Shown: one piece after another, positions 42,501 to 57,500 of the stretch | How positions within the stretch are numbered: the first letter of the stretch is position 1 | Layout of the letters: each line of letters starts with the position of its first letter | From: Cyanophora paradoxa CCMP329 | Taxonomy: Eukaryota > Plantae > Glaucophyta | NCBI GenBank assembly: GCA_004431415.1 | Contig: QPMI01000638.1 | Location: forward strand, 1-64,000 | Reading direction: 5' to 3' | Length of the DNA: 64,000 nucleotides | Notes under the pieces: generated by a model | Database searches by the model: none | What the model was told of the DNA's origin: nothing | Seen by the model: the letters and a program-made list of their open reading frames with translations, nothing else | Translations under genes and position numbers: made by a program

Positions 42501-45500
42501 AGGATCGCCGTGTAGACGTACAGCGTCCCGGGAAGAAGACCCGCGTCGCGAGTGTCATTCGTCATCCCGGCGCCGAGCGCAAGGGCCGCAATCAGCGTTC
42601 CATTGCGCAGCACCCGCGCTGCGCTCACCACCCGCGAGCTGCCGTCCAAGGTAACAGCGACATGAACAAAGATAGATGTCGCTTGAACAGAAAATACAGT
42701 CAAAACAGGAGAGGATGGTCTGGTAGTAATTTGAAGAATGGTGGATAAGGAGGATCGAACACCCGCCACGGACGTTTCCAGCACTGCAGTGTAGCCGTAC
42801 GTCTGCCCAGGTTGCAAACCAGCGTCCAGGTACGTTCCGAATCCGGTCAACGACCCAACCAGCACCGAGTTCCGATAGATGCTCGCACTTGTTACGCCCG
42901 TCGTGCTCCCGTCCCCTGGATCCTGCACCTGAATACTGGCCGACGTCGCTGTCGCACTGCCGAAGCTGAGCGTTGGAGCGGACGGCGCCGTCCGCAGTGT
43001 CAGCGTCGGTGACGGCACCGACGCCGTCGAGCCTTGCCCTTCGACGACCGCCGTGTACACGTACTCCGTCCCTGCCACGAGTCCAGTATCCACGAATGTC
43101 CCCGACGTCGGTGGCGTGGATCCCGTCGGCGAGCCGCCCCTCGTCACCCGCACCACCGTTGCCGCGCTCAGGCTCCCGTCCGCAGCATATATGATGCCCA
43201 GCGTGACCGCACTCGCGTTCGCACCCAGGAATCTGAGAGTCGGAGCGCTCACTGGCGTCCACACCAGCAGCTCTGCGGATACTGTGCTCGCCGTCAACCC
43301 AAGACCGTCGTATGAAGCCGAGTAGGTGTACGAGCGGCCTGCCTGGATGCCCGTGTCTGACAGCACCTCCGGACCCAACAGACGACGCCCCACTGACAGC
43401 ACCTCCGGACCCAACGAAGACAACCCAGTAAGCGTACACCTGGCCTGTGAGAACGCCGTTGTCGCTGAACGCTGCCTGATGTGGATTCACAGTGGCAAGA
43501 AGCGTGCCGTTCCGGTACACTTGCATGGCCGTCGCTGATGCTGCAGAGCCATCTGCAGGAGGATCGATTCCGATGACCACAACAGGCAACGCGGCCGGCG
43601 ACGAAATTCTGTGCAATCTCGCAACTGAAGGCGCGGTCCACCCATTCAGCGGCGACGAGACTGCGGACGGAGCTCCAGTCGTCGTGTAGTCCGCCGTGTA
43701 GGTGTACGCCTGCCCGGCGGCAAGCCCCGTGTCCACGTACGCCCGGATGCTTGCCGCCAGCGTGGCAACAGGCCCTGCCGCCCCGACTCGGTAGATGCGA
43801 ATCGACGTCACCGTCACCGCCGCATCATCTGGCATGGCGATCGACATCCCGATGGTTGACGCCGTGGCATTGACAAGGCTCAGTGCAGGCGCGTTCGCCG
43901 TCGCCGTCCTCACCGCCAGCGGTGCTGATTCAGCCGAGTTCCCAGCAATCGACTCCAGGATCGCCGTGTAGACGTACAGCGTCCCGGGAAGAAGACCCGC
44001 GTCGCGAGTGTCATTCGTCATCCCGGCGCCGAGCGCAAGGGTCGCCACCAGCGTTCCATTGCGCAGCACCCGCGCTGCGCTCACCACCCGCGAGCTCCCA
44101 TCCGTCGGCACAGAAATCCTCAGATGCACTGCCGATGTCGACACCTCGAGCACCGATGCCACTGGTGCAGACGGCCGCGCCGTCACCGTCAGGTTCCCCG
44201 ACCGTGCGCTCGTTGAGCCGCCCACGCCGCCGAACTCGCACGCATAGTCGTACGCCTGTCCCGGTACCACCCCCGCGTCCACCAGAGTTGTCGCCCCTGC
44301 ACCCAGTGCCGGCAGCTCCACGCCGCTGCGGAAGCAGCGCGTCGAGACGATGGCCCCCGCGCTCCCGTCTGTCGGCATCGCGATGGCGAGCGTCGCCGAT
44401 GTCGCGGTCGTCGATACCAGCTGAATGGAGGGCGCGGAGGGCGCTGTCACCACCACCAGCGCGGCCGACGGGACCGACTGCACCCCGCTCGTTGCTGTTG
44501 TCAGCACCAGCGTGTAGCTGTAGGGCTGGCCAGCATCGAGCCCGCCGTCTGTCGCACTCAGCACGCCGACCCCGAGTGTTTGCACTAGGGTTCCGTTCCT
44601 GAACAGCTGTGCGCCGGTTGCCACAACCCCGCTCCCGTCGGCCGGCAGGACGACCCGCAGTGCAGCTGTTGTCGCCGTCAATGAGACGAGCTCCACCGAT
44701 GCAGCGCTCGGTGCCGTCGTGATGTTGCGTTCCAGGGAAGGTGCGGAGGACACACTTTGCCGCGCAGTCAGGAGTTGAGCTACGTAAGAATACGTTCTCC
44801 CAGGCGTGAGGCCGGCATCCGTGAACATGCCAGGCGCCGTCGTTGTTCCCAAGTCGGCGCCATCACGGCGGACAAAAGAACGTACCGCCTCAACCCCGCT
44901 TGAATCGAGCGGCAAATCTATGGATACGGTGATCGACGTGGATGACGCCGAGGCTAGTGCAAGACGTGGAGGCGACGGAGCCGCTCTCAGCAAAAGCGGA
45001 GCTGAGGGCGCCGAGCGCGCAGGCCTCTGTCCACCCGGCCCCACGACATCGTCATCATCATACGGGTCGCTGGCAACGTCAGAACCGCCATTCGAGCTAT
45101 CCAACTGCCCGTAGAACCGCGCAGTGTAACTGTAGACGACTCCTGGAAGCAGTCCAGAATCCTCAAAATGCCCAATAGACGGCAGAAGCCGGCCGACACG
45201 AGTGCCGTTGCGGTAGATCTTGACTGCTGTGATTTTGTCGTTGTTTCTGTTCGAGCGCTCGGCTGGGAGCTGGATGCCCAGCATGAACGAAGAAGCCGTC
45301 CCCGAAATCAAGTACAATCCAGGGCTTGCTGGCGGTGTCGCTGCAATGAGCACAGACGACGCCCCACTGACAGCACCTCCGGACCCAACGAAGACAACCC
45401 AGTAAGCGTACACCTGGCCTGTGAGAACGCCGTTGTCGCTGAACGCTGCCTGATGTGGATTCACAGTGGCAAGAAGCGTGCCGTTCCGGTACACTTGCAT

Positions 45501-48500
45501 GGCCGTCGCTGATGCTGCAGAGCCATCTGCAGGAGGATCGATTCCGATGACCACAACAGGCAACGCGGCCGGCGACGAAATTCTGTGCAATCTCGCAACT
45601 GAAGGCGCGGTCCACCCATTCAGCGGCGACGAGACTGCGGACGGAGCTCCAGTCGTCGTGTAGTCCGCCGTGTAGGTGTACGCCTGCCCGGCGGCAAGCC
45701 CCGTGTCCACGTACGCCCGGATGCTTGCCGCCAGCGTGGCAACAGGCCCTGCCGCCCCGACTCGGTAGATGCGAATCGACGTCACCGTCACCGCCGCATC
45801 ATCTGGCATGGCGATCGACATCCCGATGGTTGACGCCGTGGCATTGACAAGGCTCAGTGCAGGAGCGCTCGCCGTCGCCGTCCTCACCGCCAGCGGTGCT
45901 GATTCAGCCGAGTTCCCAGCAATCGACTCCAGGATCGCCGTGTAGACGTACAGCGTCCCGGGAAGAAGACCCGCGTCGCGAGTGTCATTCGTCATCCCGG
46001 CGCCGAGCGCAAGGGTCGCCACCAGCGTCCCATTGCGCAGCACCCGCGCTGCGCTCACCACCCGCGAGCTCCCATCCGTCGGCACAGAAATCCTCAGATG
46101 CACTGCCGATGTCGACACCTCGAGTACCGATGCCACTGGTGCAGACGGCCGCGCCGTCACCGTCAGGTTCCCCGACCGTGCGCTCGTTGAGCCGCCCACG
46201 CCACCGAACTCGCACGCATAGTCGTACGCCTGTCCCGGTACCACCCCCGCGTCCACCAGAGTTGTCGCCCCTGCACCCAGTGCCGGCAGCTCCACGCCGC
46301 TGCGGAAGCAGCGCGTCGAGACGATGGCCCCCGCGCTCCCGTCTGTCGGCATCGCGATGGCGAGCGTCGCCGATGTCGCGGTCGTCGATACCAGCTGAAT
46401 GGAGGGCGCGGAGGGCGCTGTCACCACCACCAGCGCGGCCGACGGGACCGACTGCACCCCGCTCGTTGCTGTTGTCAGCACCAGCGTGTAGCTGTAGGGC
46501 TGGCCAGCATCGAGCCCGCCGTCCGTCGCACTCAGCACGCCGACCCCGAGTGTTTGCACTAGGGTTCCGTTCCTGAACAGCTGTGCGCCGGTTGCCACAG
46601 CCCCGCTCCCGTCGGCCGGCAGGACGACCCGCAGTGCAGCTGTTGTCGCCGTCAATGAGACGAGCTCCACCGATGCAGCGCTCGGCGCCGTCGTAACCGC
46701 GAACAAAGCTGATGGCGCCGATCGAACACCCGCCACGGACGTTTCCAGCACTGCAGTGTAGCCGTACGTCTGCCCAGGTTGCAAACCAGCGTCCAGGTAC
46801 GTTCCGAATCCGGTCAACGACCCAACCAGCACCGAGTTCCGATAGATGCTCGCACTTGTTACGCCCGTCGTGCTCCCGTCCCCTGGATCCTGCACCTGAA
46901 TACTGGCCGACGTCGCTGTCGCACTGCCGAAGCTGAGCGTTGGAGCGGACGGCGCCGTCCGCAGTGTCAGCGTCGGTGACGGCACCGACGCCGTCGAGCC
47001 TTGCCCTTCGACGACCGCCGTGTACACGTACTCCGTCCCTGCCACGAGTCCAGTATCCACGAATGTCCCCGACGTCGGTGGCGTGGATCCCGTCGGCGAG
47101 CCGCCCCTCGTCACCCGCACCACCGTTGCCGCGCTCAGGCTCCCGTCCGCAGCATATATGATGCCCAGCGTGACCGCACTCGCGTTCGCACCCAGGAATC
47201 TGAGAGTCGGAGCGCTCACTGGCGTCCACACCAGCAGCTCTGCGGAGACTGTGCTCGCCGTCAACCCAAGACCGTCGTATGAAGCCGAGTAGGTGTACAA
47301 GCGGCCTGCCTGGATGCCCGTGTCTACAAACCAAGCGAGCGCCCCCTGCGACGCTGCAAGCTGCACGCCACCACGGTACACTCGAGTCGCTGTGATCGCG
47401 GCCTCCGACCCGTCTGCCAACGGCGAAATCGTCACATTGACTGATTCGGTCGTCGCAGATGCCAATGCCACCGTTGGTGCACTTGGTGCCGTCCGAGCAA
47501 GCAGCGCCACGCTCATGAGTGACGGTGCACCCGTCGTCGCGTAGTCTGCTGTGTAGCTGTACTGCACGCCGGCGCTCAGCCCCGAGTCGACGGTCTCGCG
47601 TACGCCTGGTTGCAATGTCGCCACAAGCTCTGTGCCTCGGTACACGCGAGCACTCGTGACAGTCACGCCCGCGTCCTCCGGGACGGCGATCGCCAGGCCT
47701 ATCGACGAAGATGTGGCGTTCACGATCCTAAGCGCCGGCTCTCCAGCAAATGCGGTCCTCCTGCTCACCAGGGCGGACGCCGCTGACGTCGTGAGCAACG
47801 TCCGGACCGTTGCCGAGTACTCGTACATTGTCCCTGGAAGAAGGAGCGAGTCCGTGAACTCCAACTGCCCTGCATTCAATTGCACCACGGTCCCGTTGCG
47901 CGCAATGGACGCTCCCGTAACGAACGAGGCCGACCCGTCCAAAGGGTACGTGAGCCTAAGCTCCACCGTCGAGGTCGTCGCTCGGACCACTGATAGCTCT
48001 GGTGCCGGCGGCGATAGCTGGACCACGGTCAACGGAGTGGAGACGCCCGAACTCGCACCAAGCGTGCGGAATATTGCTGTGTACGTGGCCACCGATCCTG
48101 GCGCACGCGCAGTGTCCGTGTGCACCGTCACCCCCGCCCCGAGACTCACAATCTCCGTCCCGTTGCGAAGGAGCACCGTTCCAACAATCGTCCTTTCGCT
48201 ACCGTCCGAGGGGTACCCAATCGTCAGCGTCGTTGTCGTCGCCGCAGCATTCGCCAACGTCAGCATTGGCGCAGGCGGCACCGCTGCTTGCACGAGCAGA
48301 CTCGCCGACGACGCGCTGGTTGTAAGCTGTGCTGCAGACGCACCCAGACCATCGAACACCGCCCAGTACTCATACGAGAGCCCCGGGAGGACCGCCAGGT
48401 CCTCGTAAAGAGCCAGCGCACCACCGCCGTGTGATTGGACCTGTGTCCCGTTTCTGAATACGCGAGTTCCGATAATAGCTGCACCCGAGCCGTCCCCTGG

Positions 48501-51500
48501 AGCAACGAGCGACAGAGTGATCTTTGTGGGCGTGGAGGACACCATGCTGATCACGGGAGCAGATGGCGAAGTGCGGCCCACGAGAGATGCGCTCATCGCA
48601 GAGTCTGCCCCCGTCGTGGTGTAGTCCGCCGTGTAGGTGTACGCCTGCCCGGCGGCAAGCCCCGTGTCCACGTACGCCCGGATGCTTGCCGCCAGCGTGG
48701 CAACAGGCCCTGCCGCCCCGACTCGGTAGATGCGAATCGACGTCACCGTCACCGCCGCATCATCTGGCATGGCGATCGACATCCCGATGGTTGACGCCGT
48801 GGCATTGACAAGGCTCAGTGCAGGTGCGTTCGCCGTCGCCGTCCTCACCGCCAGCGGTGCTGATTCAGCCGAGTTCCCAGCAGCTAAACTTCTTCGCGTA
48901 TGACGGGTTCCGAAAGAAGAAGCAGCAGAAGAAGATTCGAAGATCGCCGTGTAGACGTACAGCGTCCCGGGAAGAAGACCCGCGTCGCGAGTGTCGCTCG
49001 CCATCGCGCCGCCGAGCGCAAGGGTCGCCACCAGCGTCCCATTGCGCAGCACCCGCGCTGCGCTCACCACCCGCGAGCTCCCATCCGTCGGCACAGAAAT
49101 CCTCAGATGCACTGCCGATGTCGACACCTCGAGCACCGATGCCACTGGTGCAGACGGCCGCGCCGTCACCGTCAGGTTCCCCGACCGTGCGCTCGTTGAG
49201 CCGCCCACGCCGCCGAACTCGCACGCATAGTCGTACGCCTGTCCCGGTACCACCCCCGCGTCCACCAGAGTTGTCGCCCCTGCACCCAGTGCCGGCAGCT
49301 CCACGCCGCTGCGGAAGCAGCGCGTCGAGACGATGGCCCCCGCGCTCCCGTCTGTCGGCATCGCGATGGCGAGCGTCGCCGATGTCGCGGTCGTCGATAC
49401 CAGCTGAATGGAGGGCGCGGAGGGCGCTGTCACCACCACCAGCGCGGCCGACGGGACCGACTGCACCCCGCTCGTTGCTGTTGTCAGCACCAGCGTGTAG
49501 CTGTAGGGCTGGCCAGCATCGAGCCCGCCGTCCGTCGCACTCAGCACGCCGACCCCGAGTGTTTGCACTAGGGTTCCGTTCCTGAACAGCTGTGCGCCGG
49601 TTGCCACAACCCCGCTCCCGTCGGCCGGCAGGACGACCCGCAGTGCAGCTGTTGTCGCCGTCAATGAGACGAGCTCCACCGATGCAGCGCTCGGCGCCGT
49701 CGTAACCGCGAACAAAGCTGATGGCGCCGATCGAACACCCGCCACGGACGTTTCCAGCACTGCAGTGTAGCCGTACGTCTGCCCAGGTTGCAAACCAGCG
49801 TCCAGGTACGTTCCGAATCCGGTCAACGACCCAACCAGCACCGAGTTCCGATAGATGCTCGCACTTGTTACGCCCGTCGTGCTCCCGTCCCCTGGATCCT
49901 GCACCTGAATACTGGCCGACGTCGCTGTCGCACTGCCGAAGCTGAGCGTTGGAGCGGACGGCGCCGTCCGCAGTGTCAGCGTCGGTGACGGCACCGACGC
50001 CGTCGAGCCTTGCCCTTCGACGACCGCCGTGTACACGTACTCCGTCCCTGCCACGAGTCCAGTATCCACGAATGTCCCCGACGTCGGTGGCGTGGATCCC
50101 GTCGGCGAGCCGCCCCTCGTCACCCGCACCACCGTTGCCGCGCTCAGGCTCCCGTCCGCAGCATATATGATGCCCAGCGTGACCGCACTCGCGTTCGCAC
50201 CCAGGAATCTGAGAGTCGGAGCGCTCACTGGCGTCCACACCAGCAGCTCTGCGGATACTGTGCTCGCCGTCAACCCAAGACCGTCGTATGAAGCCGAGTA
50301 GGTGTACGAGCGGCCTGCCTGGACGCCCGTGTCTACAAACCAAGCGAGCGCCCCCTGCGACGCTGCAAGCTGCACGCCACCACGGTACACTCGAGTCGCT
50401 GTGATCGCGGCCTCCGACCCGTCTGCCAACGGCGAAATCGTCACATTGACTGATTCGGTCGTCGCAGATGCCAATGCCACCGTTGGTGCACTTGGTGCCG
50501 TCCGAGCAAGCAGCGCCACGCTCATGAGTGACGGTGCACCCGTCGTCGCGTAGTCTGCTGTGTAGCTGTACTGCACGCCGGCGCTCAGCCCCGAGTCGAC
50601 GGTCTCACGTACGCCTGGTTGCAATGTCGCCACAAGCTCTGTGCCTCGGTACACGCGAGCACTCGTGACAGTCACGCCCGCGTCCTCCGGGACGGCGATC
50701 GCCAGGCCTATCGACGAAGATGTGGAGTTGCGGACTCTTATAGATGGCGCCACAGCGAAGCGAGTTCTCGCTTCCAAGATGTGTGAGACCGACGAGTTTC
50801 CCGCTTTCGACAAGTACATGGCGGTATAGGCGTAAGTTCGCCCTGGAACGAGGCCGCCGTCCACAAGCTCGAAATTCGGCACGTCACCCGATGCAACTTG
50901 CGTGCCGTTGCGGAAAATTAAAGCACTTGTGATGATAGCAATACTTATGTCGGGAGAAGAAAGAATCAACGAGACTGCGTGAGTCGTTGTTTCGGTGACC
51001 CGTAAAAGCGGGGCGCTTGGAAGCATGGTAACCGTTACGATCACTGATTGTGCACTCGTTGAGCCGCCCAAGCCGCCGAACTCGCATCCGTAGTCGTACG
51101 TCTGTCCCGGTACCACCCCCGCGTCCACCAGAGTTGTCGCCCCTGCACCCAGTGCCGGCAGTGCCACGCCGCTGCGGAAGCAGCGCGTCGAGGCGATGGC
51201 CCCCGCGCTGCCATCCAGAGGTTCTACAATCTGGATCGTCACCGTGGTCGCGGATTTTGCAAGTAGCTGAAGCACAGGGGTGGAAGGAGCGGTCCAGAAT
51301 TTTACTTCATCGGCAAGCGAAGATGACACGTTGGTGAACTCGGTTCGAAACCGTGCCGTTGCATGATGGAGGGAGCCAGGTCGAAGACCTGTCAGTGTCG
51401 TAAAGTTCGTCGGATAGGCAATCACAGCGGCCAAAGATCCATTGATGAACACATCCGTCCGTTGAATTACTCTTAGGCTGCCATCTGTGGGATAGAGTAC

Positions 51501-54500
51501 TCGGAGCACGGCTGCGGAACCCGTTGTCTCTTGCGAGGGAACAATCAACAGTGGCTTTGATGGTGCAGTTATTATTGAAAGGAGAGGAGACAGTGGCGAT
51601 AGGAATCCAGCCGTGGTTTGGAAAACTGCAGAGTACGAGTACGTCTGACCGCTTTCGAGCCCCATATCTGTGAACACGCCAGGATGAAGTAGCGTTGTAA
51701 CGAACTCGCCATCTCGAAACACCCGAATTCCACTCGCAACAATGTTGCTGCCATCAGCTGGACCTGAAATTGATACAGTAACGGACGTGGGGGTGACTCC
51801 GTGAAGGGTGATATGTGGTGCCGATGGTGGAGTGGTGACATTCTGCTGGATACTAAGTTCTGACTTCGTTCCACCGCGACCCTCGAGCCATGAAGTAAAA
51901 CTGTATCTCATGCCAGGCTTAAGGGCATTGTCGTGCAGCAGCACTGATGACGAATCAACGAAAGGACCGGTAAGTTCCATCACTACTGATCCGTTCCGTG
52001 CAAGCTTTGCGGACACGGCAGTAGCCCCGCTGCCATCGAGTGGCAAGCTTAGGATAAAGACCGCGGATGTTGATGTAGCTGCTTGCAAGCGAATTGTTGG
52101 AGTGCTTGGCGCCGTGAATGCAACCAAGATTGACGATGTCGCCGATACCACGGAGCTCGTCGTCGCAACTACCACAGAGAAATTGTAGGCTGTGTGTGGT
52201 CGGAGCCCGCTGGCGACATACAGACCGGGGGCATGATTCGACCCAACTTTCACGGAGTCTCGGAACATGTGCAACCCAGTTGCGGCGGCAGTGGACCCAT
52301 CTTGCGGATATTGCAGGAACAGAGTCACGGATGTTGACGTGGAGCTTACTCGAGAAAGAGCTGGAATCGACGGCGCTGTCCGCACTTCTACCGCGGGAGA
52401 CGCGAATGACATAAAGCCGCCAAGCCCCACGTAGTGCGCATGGAAGATATATAGCGTGCCTGCGGGGATGTTTCATCAGTCAGCGTGATCATGATCCCAC
52501 ATCCATTCAGCACGAACCAGGTGACAGTTCCGATACAGCAATTTCATTAGGGAGTGCGGTTGGCAACTGTAGGAGAGATCCATTGCGGTAAAGCTGCAGC
52601 TGTGTCGCAGTTACCACGCTCCCGTCACTCGGCGCTTGCACGTTGATCGTGATGGATGTTGCAGAGACTGACTGCACAAGTAACACTGGCGAGGACGGCG
52701 GAGTGATCACTTCCGTTTCGGCCGAGATTCCCGAGAGGGCGCCCTGTACACTGATTGCAATAGCAGTGTACCTGAGCGCAATAAATACTCAAAACGCGTA
52801 CGTCTATTGCATAGGACAGTCAAAGTAGAGCGGACTGACCTATACGTTTGGCCCGCAGCCACTCCACTGTCAGAAACGTCCGCCGAGCCGTCGTTGGCGG
52901 AGTCGCTTTCAATGAGCTCGCCATCGCGGAACAGTTGAAAGGCAGCAGCTGTTCGACTGCTTGAGTCGTTCACCAGTAAGCGAAGAACGACTTCGGCAGC
53001 CGAAACCGACATCACAAGCACAGCCGGGGGAGCTGGAGCAGTAAGCGCAAGTGCTTCTTCTGCAAGAGCCGATGATGTGCTTCCTTTCCCGACCACCCAT
53101 GCTGTGTAAGAGTACCTGCACCACACACATTCGCAAGTAAGTCTTGATTCATCACGCGTGGCAAATATCCGAGCTTACCATACGCCGGGTATGAGACCAG
53201 TGTCAGTCAACGTGATGGATTCATTCTTGCTTGAAACGTCGAGGTCGAAGGTCGCGATGCGGGAACCATTGCGAAGTGTAATGATCGTTAGAGCGGCATC
53301 GGCGGAGCCGTCGGGGGCCAGCTCAATTCGGATAGTGAGCGACGCTGTTGTGTTGATCACGGCGATTCGGGGCTGACTGACGGCAGTCCAGGCGGTGAGA
53401 GGAGTAGATGGACTTGATCGTACAGTTTGCAGGGAATACTCTGCTATTAGCACTCCCTGATATTCGTAGCTGTGGCCTGGAAGCAGTGGTGAGTCTCGGA
53501 GAGTCCAGGGCCCTGGTCCGTCGTATCTTTCAACGAGCAGACCGCCGCGGTAGAGTTCAAGGCCCATGTCCACAGAACCACTTCCGTCAATCGGAAGCGA
53601 CACATTTAGATCAATACCAGTCGACGAGGAGCCAAGCAGTCGAATCTCCGGCGCAGACGGTGCAGTGCGAACTTGTATGGTCGGAGAATTCGAAGACGAC
53701 GTGTTGTGGATGCCCAGGAATAAAGCGAAGTACGAGAAGGAGCCGCTTGGAGAGAGGCCAGCGTCAAGGACGGTGCGAGTGCCTGCCCCAGCACTCCCAA
53801 CGGCTGAGCCGTCACGGAAGATAACCACCGACATAATAGCGTTTAGTGAACCGTCTGTGGGGTATGAGATGCCAAGCTCAACGGTCGACGAGGTGACGGC
53901 GAGCACAGACAACTCGGGGCCGGACGGCGCTGTGAACGCGGCAACCGGTCGAGAGGGCAAAGAGGCGAACCCCGACGGCAGCACGTATTCAGCCGTATAC
54001 TCGAAGGCCTTTCCAGGCAGCACAGATTTGTCTCCAAACGATGTCGCGGTTATATCAACGAAGCCGACGGGGTCCCCGTCTCTCGAAATGCGAAGATTCG
54101 CAGCCGCTGCAAAGGAGCCATCAACTGGCGGCGCAATATAAATTGTAACCAGGTTCGCTGTGGCTGATACAAATGACAATGATGGTGCCGAAGGTGTGGT
54201 TGTCGCCACGAACGGGTTGGACTCTGCGGAAGTTGCGCCATTTGATGCAAACAGCGTCGCAGTGTACTCGTATGACGTTCCTGGTTGCAGCGCGATGGCG
54301 TCCACAACCTCAAGCACACCGCCTGGTAATGACAGTTGTCGAGCACCATTTCGAAAAACGTGCACTGCAAGTATCGCGGTGCCATTGTCGAATGCGTCGT
54401 ACGTAAGCCGAAATGCGACACCTACGATAAACGTCATGAAAAAGCAGACAACTAGCGGCGTGTACTCAGGGCGCGACGTACTGGTTGAAGTCACGTTGAT

Positions 54501-57500
54501 CAGTCCCTGGATAACTGGCGCAGGTGGCGGAACTGGAGGAGGCACGAGGGTCTGGACCCGAAGCGGGGCAGAGAGAGAGCTTGACACGCCGGAAGCTGTA
54601 GAGAAGATCGCTGTGTACTCGTAGACAAAACCGCTGATGAGGTCTTCATCGTTGAACATTGTCTGGTTGCTTGTGAGCGTCGCAATGAGGGTTCCGTTCC
54701 GGTACACCAGTGTCAGAATGATTGGTGATGTGACGAATGGATATGAGACCGTCACAGCCACCGATGTCTGAGTGACATTGACGATGCTAAGCTGAGGTGC
54801 TGACGGCAGTGCGGATCTGCTAAAGGTAAGCCCAAATCTATCGGCCTATGCATAAGAATACACGCACGCAGCAGACGGCTGGTTGTTCTTCCTTAGCGCC
54901 TCGGCGAGCTTGTCCAGCGTTCGTAGAGCTGAGAGTGCAACATCCAGTGGGAGCTGACCGGCGGATCTGCGAAGAGAATTGTCGATAACAAACAGAAAGT
55001 TTCGCGACACACTGTACGACTCGAGCGCACTCTGAAGCCAGCAGAGTCGTGAGAATTTCGGCACCAGAAGCAGCAGTCCCCACAAGCAGGCCGTCAGTTG
55101 TGCCAACAATCTCGTTGATCGCTTGTATGGCTTGAATTGCCTCGCCAGGTTTAGATAGAAGGCCAGTGGAAAGCGAGCTGGAGACATTCGCAACAAGGTT
55201 CATGAAAACGTCCTTGACATCAGCTGCAGCGAGATCGTCGTCGCCAGAAGGGCAAAAACAGACGGGAAGTGCGCATGAAGCGACATTTGCCGACGAGCAT
55301 CTCACAATGATTGAAAAATCGCTGGCCCCGCCGATAGGCGTGAGGAAACCAACGTCTAGAAGAGTGAACGAGCGATCTGATGGTGTATTCTGCGGCGAGA
55401 GTCGTTGATTCCAGTGGTTGACATACCTGCGTGCGACTCGCAATCAAATGAACTCGCGCAAACGAAATGAAAATGGATCTTCACGCACGGGTCGCCCTGG
55501 TCAGCAGATACGCGAGTGGCGGTAGACACCTGCGTGCACGATACCTGGGAAGAAGGCGCTGAGTGAGTCTCTGCAAGTGCACGCGGGCAAAACATGTCAG
55601 TCGCACAGGAGAAATTGGCCCCGCTATGGTGGTGCGTCCAATGTTCTGCAAAATGTACGATCCTTGCATGTACACGTACAAGCCGTCAGGGCTTGTCCAC
55701 ATGGGGGCAGAAAGCGTCGGCAGGCCGATTGTGCATGCGAACGGCACTGAAATGTTTGACCCGGTGTTCATAAACGCCGACGAAGAGAGAATTGCATTGT
55801 AAGCGCCTCCAGCATCGCCAGCTTTGAGTAGGTCGGAGGCGATTCCTAGAGTCCTGCAGCGTAGGGAAGAGCATCGGGCGCATGAACGCATATTGGAACA
55901 GCCAATGCAGCAAGCAAACCGGTTGGAAAGAGAGAGAAGAGACAATGTTCCGTTTGGGTACACAATAGCGAGTGCCGATGCGCGTGTTGATGAATTGAAG
56001 GCGTCACGTACGTAAACCACGCAAGAAATGTAATAGAAAGGCATAATGCCGGGAGGCAAGTATATGTCCGCCAGTGTGTAGCTAGAAGTCCAATCCGACA
56101 AAAGCCTCTCGGAAGCAGAAATGTCGGACGCATTGATCGTGGACAACGCGGGGATGAACGCAAATCTATACGATAGGGGAGGGAATGGCGTATACCACGA
56201 CGGAGCCGTTAATGTAAACCTGGGCAGGAGTGTGTAAATAGATGAAGCAAAAGCGGTTCAGGTTGCGCGAATGACTACCTCGTGATAAGCGCAGAGCCGT
56301 TCGATGGTGATATCAAAAGGGCTCCGGCGCCTCCGGGCATTGGTGGTAGTGCAACAGTCACAGTGGTGGATGCCACACCAGTGCCAATCCGATCCGTGGC
56401 AATCTTTATTGAAGAATAAGCGCTGGGCAGCGTGCGGTGGTAAACCGCTTAAGATTGCACGCACGATGCTAAACACGTAAGTTGCTCCAGGCGTGAGAAT
56501 GTTTGACTTGATGACGAGGGTCGGCACATTCCGTGCGCTCGTCGTGTCAATTGTCGTCTCGTCTAGTACTAGCGTCGAGCCTGCGCAGGAACACATCAGC
56601 AACACGATCAAGAATAACCTGCGGTTGGCATCGCTGACCGGAGACACGCCACTCGTAGTCCAGGGTTTCGGGAGAAACGGGATCGTTAGATTTGATTGTG
56701 GCTGCCAGTTGCAGCCTCTGCGTGTAGCTGACTGGCCCCTCGGGCGCCATCTGTTGGATGGAAGTCAGACGGCGCACCAGCACGACAGGCACAGCGTGAC
56801 AGACCATTATTGTCACGGTGGGAACTGGGACATCGACTGCTGTCAAGGCTACAGATGCGTTACCACTCTTGAATCCTTGCGTCGCCAGGCACGTAAAGAT
56901 GTAGGGGGCAGATGAGACATCAGGAGGGAAGGCAACCGAGAGCGTCGATCCAACGGGGGCAGGTCCTGGCGGAAAAGCTGAGCTCTTAATGTGTCTGAAG
57001 CCGACCTATCACTTCGCACCGTCTACAAAACGCTCATCGAACGAGCATGGCCCTCCGAACTGGTCAATGCAAGACCACGTGAAATTCGCCGAGTGTGCTG
57101 GATCCGGAGTGGGCGCGGGAAGTTCAGTTGGAAAACCCCGAGCGCAATGCCCGGTAGCTTGGTCAAATATAGGCGATGAACAAGGGTTGCCAACCACCAT
57201 GCGTCCTCTCGAAATTGCGTTTTCAATCCCTTGAGCTTTCAGGTACCAAATAACGTCCTGCACGCAATTGTTGAGCACTCAAAAAACGTCCATACTGAAG
57301 TCAAATCGGAGTCACAGAAATTCGCACCTGACACGGCCTACAAGGTATCGAGACATTGAAAGCCGCCGAGTGGCGTCCTGGTGCAAACGATGACGGTAGA
57401 TTGATGCTTCCACGCTGAATAACAGCCGGCAAGCCGATGAAATTGTCCGGCCCCCAAGCCAAGCGAGAAACGGATGACGATGACGGATTATTCCACCCTA

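Noticed and set aside
31254-55000. Many plus-strand and alternative-frame ORFs
   Set aside because: They are shadows of the GC-rich minus-strand gene and recur only because the DNA blocks are duplicated.
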